Assembly (NCBI GenBank): GCA_039588295.1
Contig: JBDHAB010000067.1
Location: 1-12,210, forward strand
Direction of reading: 5' to 3'
Length of the DNA stretch: 12,210 nucleotides
Origin: Gemmatimonadota bacterium
GTDB lineage: Bacteria; Gemmatimonadota; Gemmatimonadetes; Gemmatimonadales; GWC2-71-9
Part shown: piece after piece, positions 5,923-12,210 of the stretch
How positions within the stretch are numbered: the first letter of the stretch is position 1
Layout of the letters: the number at the start of each line of letters is the position of its first letter
The notes under the pieces: generated by a model
What the model was told of the DNA's origin: nothing
The model's database searches: none
What the model saw: the letters and a program-made list of their open reading frames with translations, nothing else
Position numbers and translations under genes: made by a program

Positions 5923-7122
5923 ATGGCCGAATCCACGCTATCGCTGTCGTACGACGACCTGATGGAGGAGGTTGCGTACTTTCGCGGCTATGGTCGCAAG
6001 AAGGATACGACCGCCGGTCTGACGAGTGCGCAGGAGACCCAGTGCCTCGCCGACGTGAAGACTGGTGAGCGTCTTGTCTACACTGCGCATGACTGGTCGT
6101 GGATGCGGCCGCAGACCACAAGCGTTGCGTGGGCGACGACCACGGGGACGCTAACGGCGGTAGCGCTGGCGGGGGACACGGTCGCCGCCTCGCCTTCTTA
6201 TGACAGCACGACGGGGTACACCGCCGTTAGCCGGACGAATGCGACATTCGCGTTCACGCCGGAATTGTGCGGGAAAACGCTGTCTGCCGGCTCGGATTAC
6301 ACGATTGTCGAATATGTCAGTGCGAGCCAAGTCAAGGTCATTGGCGACGCTAGTGGCGAAGGAACAGTAGCCTTTACCATCACCGATGTCTACAAGGCGA
6401 CGACCGGTACCGCCGCATTTGAAACGACGATGGAGGGTCAGGCACTCACCTTCGATACGTCGTCCACCGATTACACGATTCTGTCGTATGTCGACAACAA
6501 AAATCTGTATCTGGATGGTGATGCGAGCGGGGAGAGTGGGACCGACACCTACACCATCACCGCCTACGGCGTCTACCGTCTGCCGGCCGACTTCGGCGGC
6601 ATCTACGGCCAGATGACGTTCGCCACGGGGACGGGGGCCTATGAGCCCCTGACCATTCGCAGCGAAGCGCAGATACGTCGGCTCCTACAGGACAGTGACT
6701 CCACGAGGCGCCCGCATTCGGCAGCGATACGCCCCGTGGCATCGTCGCCGTCGCTCGGGCAACGGTTCGACCTGCTCGTCTATCCGATCCCCGACAGCGA
6801 CTACACGCTGTACTACCGCTATATCAAGTTGCCTGATGCGCTGACGCAGGCGAACCGGTATCCGCTTGGGGGCATGGCACACGCTGAGACCTTCAAGGCA
6901 GCCTGTCTTGCTGCTGCGGAGGAATCGCAACGAGGAGCGAAGGGACCGAAATGGGCGGCGTTCATGGAGCGGCTTGTACAGAGCGTGGATTACGACTCGC
7001 GTGCGAATACGGCGGAATCGCTCGGTTACATGGGCGATGCCAGCGACGGCATGGAGCAGGTCATGCGACCGCATGGGCGCAGAGGCAACATCGTCACGTT
7101 CAACGACGTGGCTTATCCGTAG
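5923..7122 (+). CDS. Head-tail adaptor (tail tubular protein A-like role) with inserted tandem beta modules, 399 aa
   Basis: GAGGTG RBS. Adaptor-like motifs LSYDDLMEEVA, HDWSWMR, YRLPADF, LLVYPIPDSDYTLYYRY and a C-terminal helix; located between head genes and nozzle. Confidence 0.75.
   Translation: MAESTLSLSYDDLMEEVAYFRGYGRKKDTTAGLTSAQETQCLADVKTGERLVYTAHDWSWMRPQTTSVAWATTTGTLTAVALAGDTVAASPSYDSTTGYTAVSRTNATFAFTPELCGKTLSAGSDYTIVEYVSASQVKVIGDASGEGTVAFTITDVYKATTGTAAFETTMEGQALTFDTSSTDYTILSYVDNKNLYLDGDASGESGTDTYTITAYGVYRLPADFGGIYGQMTFATGTGAYEPLTIRSEAQIRRLLQDSDSTRRPHSAAIRPVASSPSLGQRFDLLVYPIPDSDYTLYYRYIKLPDALTQANRYPLGGMAHAETFKAACLAAAEESQRGAKGPKWAAFMERLVQSVDYDSRANTAESLGYMGDASDGMEQVMRPHGRRGNIVTFNDVAYP
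6241..6561 (+). repeat. Two tandem ~58-aa protein modules inside the adaptor gene
   Basis: DYTIVEYVSASQVKVIGDASGEGTVAFTIT vs DYTILSYVDNKNLYLDGDASGESGTDTYTIT; exact 12-mer GATTACACGATT at 6295-6306 and 6469-6480 (174-nt period). Confidence 0.8.
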
Positions 7123-7132
7123 GAGTGTAAAC

Positions 7133-7495
7133 ATGAGAGGACCAGCAAATCACGATGCTGCAACGATCGGCGTGGCGGATACAGGCGCCTCGGGCGTGCA
7201 GTCGCAGGTCACAATAGCAGCCGATTCAACGCAGTATTGGGTTATAGACTCGATTTCGTGGAGCTATGGTGGTGCGCCTGCCGCAGGGACGGCCATTACC
7301 ATCGCCTACGGTTCTGGGCCGACGACCAAGTTCACGATGTATGCCGGCGGCAATGTGAACAACGGTGGCACGTTTGGTCATATCGAGTGGCAGCGTGGGT
7401 ACCATTACGATTCTGAAACATTGAACGAACAGTGTGTCATCACGGCAGCAGCGAGCGCAGGTGTTGTCAGTTCGCTGAACGTGACGTATCACTAA
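7133..7495 (+). CDS. Small beta-rich putative virion protein, 120 aa (start re-assigned from 6866 to ATG 7133)
   Basis: TAGGAG (7120-7125) doubles as the adaptor stop codon and SD. The protein MRGPANHDAATIG... is Ala/Gly/Thr/Ser-rich with alternating hydrophobic strands. Confidence 0.72.
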   Translation: MRGPANHDAATIGVADTGASGVQSQVTIAADSTQYWVIDSISWSYGGAPAAGTAITIAYGSGPTTKFTMYAGGNVNNGGTFGHIEWQRGYHYDSETLNEQCVITAAASAGVVSSLNVTYH

Positions 7496-7510
7496 GAGAG
7501 GAGTTTTTCG

Positions 7511-7888
7511 ATGGCAACAGGTGGAGAGCACAGCCTTCCGTATCAGTTTTCGAGCGCGGAGTGGCAGATCAATGATCCGGGCGATGCAGGTGCTATCCCG
7601 GCTGACAAGAGCGGTATTGTGGAACTCGTCAGTGCTGCCGCAGAGACGCGGACATTGGCGGCACCGGTATCGCCGTTTATCTTCCTGCTCTTGACGTTTA
7701 AGACGGACGGCGGCGACATCACGTTGACCTGTTCGACGACGCTGAATGTCACGGCAAACAACACGATTACATTCGACACGGCTGGCGAGTGCATTCTGTT
7801 GGTCTCGGTGCCGTCCGGTGCGAACTATCGCTGGCGTGCGCTGTCTTGCCTGCCGGAAGCCGATACGGCGACTCTGAGCACGGTGTAA
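7511..7888 (+). CDS. Small putative virion protein (fibre/spike-tip-like beta domain), 125 aa
   Basis: GAGAGGAG RBS. Pattern ETRTLAAP...DGGDITLT...TITFDTAGECILL...W recalls beta-rich fibre/spike terminal domains. Confidence 0.68.
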   Translation: MATGGEHSLPYQFSSAEWQINDPGDAGAIPADKSGIVELVSAAAETRTLAAPVSPFIFLLLTFKTDGGDITLTCSTTLNVTANNTITFDTAGECILLVSVPSGANYRWRALSCLPEADTATLSTV

Positions 7889-7891
7889 CCC

Positions 7892-10387
7892 ATGCCACGC
7901 GGACGCCGCACCATTGAAGTGCAGTGGCCGGCGGGTGGGGTGAACGAGCGGTTCGCTTTCCAGAAGCAGCCGCCGTATACCTGCGTTCGCGCGCAGAACG
8001 TCTGCACGGAAGAAACGATCGCTGATCGTATGCGCGGCGGTTCTCGCCCAGGGTTGGAAACGGCCATCCCTACTCAGTGCAAGAGCGGTGGGACGGCGTA
8101 CCCGATCAACATGCTCGATACGGTGCGGACGATCGAAGACCGGCCTGCGCCTGCGACGTTCACGGAGACGTTTCCCAACGAGGCGTACGATTCGACGGCG
8201 TGGACTGATTTGTCCGGTACGCGCATGACGACGCCGACCAAGACCGGGACCACTGTCTACACAGCAAGCCAAAGTGCGATTGCAGGCGCATCACTGGATT
8301 TCACCGATACGGATGCCTCGGCGTTTCCGAACGGCGTCGAGTTGACCAAGCCGCTGACCGTCGAATTCACGATTCCCTGCAATACGAAAAGCTACAACGC
8401 TAACTGGGAGTCGGATTACTTCATCTTCTTCAAGATGGACGATACGAGCCCGGACATTGCCAGCGGCATTGTCGTGCATTTCGCTCTGCGAACGGTAACG
8501 CTGGGTGGAACGACGAACTTTCGTATTCTGAGCGTGAGTACGGGCACCGGCGTTAACGGTTTAACAACAAGCTTGGGTCATTCGATCAGCGCGACCGACG
8601 ATCTTGATGATTACGCCTTCCTGAATCAGCAACATATCGGCACGGGCGCGACTGCCGACTTTACCGTCCGGGGTACTCTTGAGCCTGAAGGATTGCTGCG
8701 TGTGGCAATCCGCGATCAACAATTCCTCGAATATGATTGGTCGCATAAGCTAAGCGACTTCACGGGTGATACGGTTGCCTTCGGCATTATGAAGGACGAC
8801 CAGACAGCGCATATTGACGACTTCGCGCTGGATTACATCGAGAAGTCGGAAATTCCCAGTACGCCGCCGATTCGTATTGTCGCCGGGAGCAACGGTGAAA
8901 TCTGGCGCGAGATTCGCAGTGCGAACGCGCAGGTCATGGGGCAGCATTCGACAGGCTTGACGCTGACGACCGAGCATGTGGCGACCGTCGAGCGGTTCGG
9001 TACGCTGTATATGGCTGACCACGGAGTTAAGTACACGGGCACGGGGAAAGCCGTCTCCGGCGCGGTGTTGACCGATGCGACTGTCGATTTCACGACGGCG
9101 CCGGCCGTGGACGATGACGGCGATTACTGCGAGATCACGAGTTCGTCCGACACTACGAACCTCCCGAACGGGACGTATGAGATTACGTCGCATGATGCAA
9201 CGACCTTGACGTTGACCGGCGTTAGCGGCGTTTCCGGCACGGCGACGTACCGCGTAGTCCGAGGACTGAAGACCTACGCGAGTGGAAGCGATGCGGTTGC
9301 GTTGCACACCGCCGCAACGGCTGGCAGCATTCCCGTCAACTGCAAGATCATTGCGCTCTACCGCGACAGACTGTGTCTTGCGGGGGACCAGGACAATGCC
9401 CACGTATGGTACATGAGCCGCCAAGGGGACTTGGAGGATTGGAATTACTCCGGCTTGTTGACGGATGGCGGTCGACCGGTTGCTGGCACGCTCGATACGG
9501 CTGGCGTTGTGAATCGTCCACTGACAGCACTTATCCCCTCAACGGATGACTACCTGATCTTTGCTGCTGCTGATGCCATGTGGATTCTGCGCGGCGACCC
9601 AGCGATGCAGGGGTTTATCGACGTACTCAGCCGCAAGGTCGGGATTATCGACCATCGGGCATGGACGACGACTCCGGAGGGTGTGCTGTACTTCGTCAGC
9701 AAGGAGGGCGTCTACAAGGTGTTGCCGGGCTCTCAGCAGTATCCGATCGCCGTCAGCAAAGACAGGATGCCGAAGGCGTTTCGGAACATCGACACGGATC
9801 TGCTCTCGGTGACCATGCAGTACGATCTGCGACGCTCGATGATTCATGTGTATCTGACTTCGCAGGTGGAGGGCACCGGCGTTCAACACTACTGGATTGA
9901 CACTCGCACGGATGCCTTTTGGCCGATGACAATGCGGTCCGACCATGAGCCGATTGCCTCGTGCCTTCACGAGTCTTTGACGGGGGAAACGAACACGATC
10001 CTGCTCGGCGGACGAGATGCTTACATCCGACGCCATTCCACGGCTGCTGCGGATGATGATGGGTCGGAATTCGAGAGCAGCATCCTGCTTGGGCCATTTG
10101 GTAAGCCGGGCATTGAGACCATGCTGCATCGTCTCCAATGCACGCTGCACAATGTCAGCAGCGAGGTTTACTGGTACGTGCAAAGTGCGGAGAGTGCCAA
10201 GGCTGCGCTACACGATCTGTCTATCTTCCTTGAAGACACCTACACCTGGGACGAGGACATCAACCCGTGGGACGACATATCCCGTTCCGGCGTGATGCTC
10301 TATCTCGGCATCGCCACGACAAATCGCTGGGCACTCGAATCTCTCATCATGGAGCTTGAGCAAATCGCCGAGTGGAGGCCCGCCTAA
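7892..10387 (+). CDS. Tail nozzle / DNA stabilisation protein (P22 gp10 / T7 gp12-like role), 831 aa
   Basis: N-terminal WPAGGVNE...AQNV...RGGSRPGL motif. Beta-propeller-like segments IIALYRDRLCLAG, VWYMSRQGDLEDW, LTALIPSTDDYLIF, GVLYFVSKEGVY; size and position after the adaptor. Confidence 0.8.
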   Translation: MPRGRRTIEVQWPAGGVNERFAFQKQPPYTCVRAQNVCTEETIADRMRGGSRPGLETAIPTQCKSGGTAYPINMLDTVRTIEDRPAPATFTETFPNEAYDSTAWTDLSGTRMTTPTKTGTTVYTASQSAIAGASLDFTDTDASAFPNGVELTKPLTVEFTIPCNTKSYNANWESDYFIFFKMDDTSPDIASGIVVHFALRTVTLGGTTNFRILSVSTGTGVNGLTTSLGHSISATDDLDDYAFLNQQHIGTGATADFTVRGTLEPEGLLRVAIRDQQFLEYDWSHKLSDFTGDTVAFGIMKDDQTAHIDDFALDYIEKSEIPSTPPIRIVAGSNGEIWREIRSANAQVMGQHSTGLTLTTEHVATVERFGTLYMADHGVKYTGTGKAVSGAVLTDATVDFTTAPAVDDDGDYCEITSSSDTTNLPNGTYEITSHDATTLTLTGVSGVSGTATYRVVRGLKTYASGSDAVALHTAATAGSIPVNCKIIALYRDRLCLAGDQDNAHVWYMSRQGDLEDWNYSGLLTDGGRPVAGTLDTAGVVNRPLTALIPSTDDYLIFAAADAMWILRGDPAMQGFIDVLSRKVGIIDHRAWTTTPEGVLYFVSKEGVYKVLPGSQQYPIAVSKDRMPKAFRNIDTDLLSVTMQYDLRRSMIHVYLTSQVEGTGVQHYWIDTRTDAFWPMTMRSDHEPIASCLHESLTGETNTILLGGRDAYIRRHSTAAADDDGSEFESSILLGPFGKPGIETMLHRLQCTLHNVSSEVYWYVQSAESAKAALHDLSIFLEDTYTWDEDINPWDDISRSGVMLYLGIATTNRWALESLIMELEQIAEWRPA

Positions 10388-12210
10388 TGGCTGGGGTTCC
10401 CGACGTACGGGCGACCGAAGCTAGTCTGCGGGAAGTTCGCCAAGCACTCCAGCAGATCAATCTTCGTGCCTATACGCCTCCGTTGCATAACTGGACGGCT
10501 ACAGCGGACCCCACCGTCAACGACGACCTTGAAGACGGCTACAGCCAAGGGTCGTGGTGGTACCGCACCGACACGAAGGGGCTCTGGCTTTGCACCGATG
10601 CTAGCACGGGGGCGGCAACCTGGGATTCAACCGTCGGCACCACCATCCTCGGTGGCACGATCGACTGGGCGGACTTGACGGCTGAGTCTCGCGGCATCTG
10701 CGTGGCTGACGAGGCGGACGACGTGATCGACGAAGCTACGTCGATCGTCATGCCCGATGGCTCGGACGGTGACCTGCGATTCAACGACGACATCAACGCA
10801 CTCTTCGGCACCGACTCCGATATGAAGATGCGGTGGGACACGGCCACCGGCCGCGGTCGTATCGAGATGACAGGTGACGATCCTCTGGTCATCGACAGCA
10901 CGGGCATCATGTATCCGCCGTGGGGGACGCTGGCTCAGCGGCCAGGGAGCCCTCCGTCCGATGGTGCTCTGCGATGGAACTCGACGGCTGCGTGGAAATA
11001 CTTTGAGACGTATATCGACTCAGCGTGGGTGCCTCTTGTTCACTACAAGACGATCAGCTCCAAGGTGGGCATCCTCAAAGGCATCGAATCGTCGGGCGGC
11101 ACGTACTACTCCACGATTGACAACGTGGACAACTGGCAAGCAGACAGTTCGCACAATCTGAATGCCTTGGACGATACCGAGCTTCAGTTCGGTACGGGCG
11201 TCGACGCGAACATCCAGTGGTACACGGGCGGCACGAAGCACGTTCTCGCCGTCGGATTGGATCAAGTCGCCGTTGACAATAGCGAAGCCATGCTTGTCAT
11301 CGGCCACAACAGCACGCTTAACGGCACGTTGAATGTGACAGGTCCGACTTCAGCCGAAGAGCCAGAACTACGGGTCTACGATTCGGCGGGTACGAGCTAT
11401 GTTGCGCTCGTGCAGAATCAACTTATCGACGGACACCTAGTCCAGTATTCGAGTGGCGTGCTGACCTCCGGCGGCGCGGTCAGTGGGGTTGCCACGGAGG
11501 CATTCAAAACCGTAGCCGGTGACACGGGCACTGCTGTTGCGGACGTAGTGTCGGATACTCTCACGCTGACAGGCGGCGACGGCATTGTTACGGCAGCTAC
11601 CGATGACCCGGAAGTTGTCACTATCAGCGCCGACATTGATGCGGTCAGCCTCGTCTTCGATACTGCCAAGATTGAGCGTGCCGCCCTCACGGGTGATGTG
11701 ACTGCTTCCCAGGGCGCGAACGCTACAACGATCGCCAATGATGCGGTGACCTATGCCAAGATGCAAAACGTCGTCGCCGACAATCGCATTCTTGGGAATG
11801 TGTCTGGCGCGGGAGCGATTGTTGCGGAACTGACCGATGCACAGGTCCGCACTATGATAAATGTCGCGGACGGGGCGAATGCCTACACTCATCCGAATCA
11901 CACTGGAGACGTTACCTCCGTTGCGGATGGGGCGCAGACCATTGCCGCTGATGCCGTCACTTACGCGAAGATGCAGAACGTCGTGGCGGACGACCGGATT
12001 CTTGGCAATGTGTCCGGTGCAGGGGCGATCGTCGCGGAGCTTACGGCTACCCAAGTTCGGACGATGTTGAATGTGGTGGAGGGCGCTCACTTCGTCGCCA
12101 GCGATCTAGGCATCACCGATCATGTCATCCCGCGTGGAGATGCGGACGGTAGCCTGCAAGATTCCGTTCTTACGATTGGCGACGAAGCCGCGAACCAAGT
12201 GGTGATCGGT
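10387..12210 (+). CDS. Tail fibre-like protein, partial (at least 608 aa, 3' end outside window); absent from the supplied ORF track
   Basis: ATG overlaps the nozzle stop (TAATG), with GGAGG at 10374-10378. I translated the frame to the window end without a stop (MAGVPDVRATEASLREVRQALQQIN...). Contains fibre-type modules DPTVNDD..GYSQGSWW, GTLAQRP, FGT..D and TIANDAVTYAKMQNV. Confidence 0.88.
   Translation, partial: MAGVPDVRATEASLREVRQALQQINLRAYTPPLHNWTATADPTVNDDLEDGYSQGSWWYRTDTKGLWLCTDASTGAATWDSTVGTTILGGTIDWADLTAESRGICVADEADDVIDEATSIVMPDGSDGDLRFNDDINALFGTDSDMKMRWDTATGRGRIEMTGDDPLVIDSTGIMYPPWGTLAQRPGSPPSDGALRWNSTAAWKYFETYIDSAWVPLVHYKTISSKVGILKGIESSGGTYYSTIDNVDNWQADSSHNLNALDDTELQFGTGVDANIQWYTGGTKHVLAVGLDQVAVDNSEAMLVIGHNSTLNGTLNVTGPTSAEEPELRVYDSAGTSYVALVQNQLIDGHLVQYSSGVLTSGGAVSGVATEAFKTVAGDTGTAVADVVSDTLTLTGGDGIVTAATDDPEVVTISADIDAVSLVFDTAKIERAALTGDVTASQGANATTIANDAVTYAKMQNVVADNRILGNVSGAGAIVAELTDAQVRTMINVADGANAYTHPNHTGDVTSVADGAQTIAADAVTYAKMQNVVADDRILGNVSGAGAIVAELTATQVRTMLNVVEGAHFVASDLGITDHVIPRGDADGSLQDSVLTIGDEAANQVVIG
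11689..12087 (+). repeat. Tandem ~70-aa repeat in the tail fibre gene
   Basis: TGDVT...TIANDAVTYAKMQNVVADNRILGNVSGAGAIVAELTDAQVRTMINVADGA (core 11728-11877) vs TGDVT...TIAADAVTYAKMQNVVADDRILGNVSGAGAIVAELTATQVRTMLNVVEGA (core 11938-12087); 43/50 aa identical, 210-nt period. Confidence 0.95.

Larger units (their letters stand above)
1..12210 (+). mobile_element. Tailed dsDNA phage (or prophage) head and short-tail morphogenesis module, podovirus-like organisation
   Basis: Twelve tightly packed + strand CDSs with TAATG overlaps (1795-1799, 10385-10389) and SD motifs. Order is portal-scaffold-capsid-adaptor-nozzle-fibre; no tape measure, tube or sheath gene seen in the window. Confidence 0.93.

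Noticed and set aside
5514..7132. Upstream starts at 5514 and 6866 in the ORF track
   Set aside because: They overlap neighbouring genes or the 5548-5603 hairpin; ATG 5616 and ATG 7133 have clear SD sequences.
319..9424. Long minus-strand ORFs (319-1152, 2512-3735, 3800-4606, 7226-8272, 8750-9424 and others)
   Set aside because: They lie antisense to convincing + strand genes, show no recognisable motifs, and are the expected shadow ORFs of GC-rich coding DNA.
11728..12087. Diversity-generating retroelement TR/VR pair
   Set aside because: Differences are mostly synonymous third-position changes involving all bases, not adenine-specific; both copies are in frame in one gene and no reverse transcriptase is in the window.
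1..12210. CRISPR array, tRNA, integrase/att site or stop-codon reassignment
   Set aside because: No regularly spaced repeats or cloverleaf seen, intergenic gaps are small and explained, and TAA, TGA and TAG all end genes normally with intact ORFs.

Overview
The window is one co-directional (+ strand) virion morphogenesis module of a GC-rich tailed dsDNA phage with podovirus-type gene order. The order is: portal, two small ORFs, scaffold-like protein, major capsid protein, putative decoration protein, small basic protein, head-tail adaptor, two small beta-rich proteins, tail nozzle/stabilisation protein, and a repeat-built tail fibre. The fibre starts at 10387, runs off the window and is missing from the ORF track. 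All product calls come from motif recall and synteny, not database searches; host and prophage status cannot be determined here. The most interesting non-coding signal is the 135-nt gap before the scaffold gene (2449-2583). It holds a canonical intrinsic terminator ending only 9 nt before the scaffold ATG, plus an upstream near-copy of that hairpin. Together they allow two mutually exclusive folds (1:2+3:4 terminator versus 2:3+1:4 antiterminator) around a structured core. This is a candidate attenuator/RNA switch gating head-gene expression, and it lies just downstream of a cysteine-less FmdB-like small protein.
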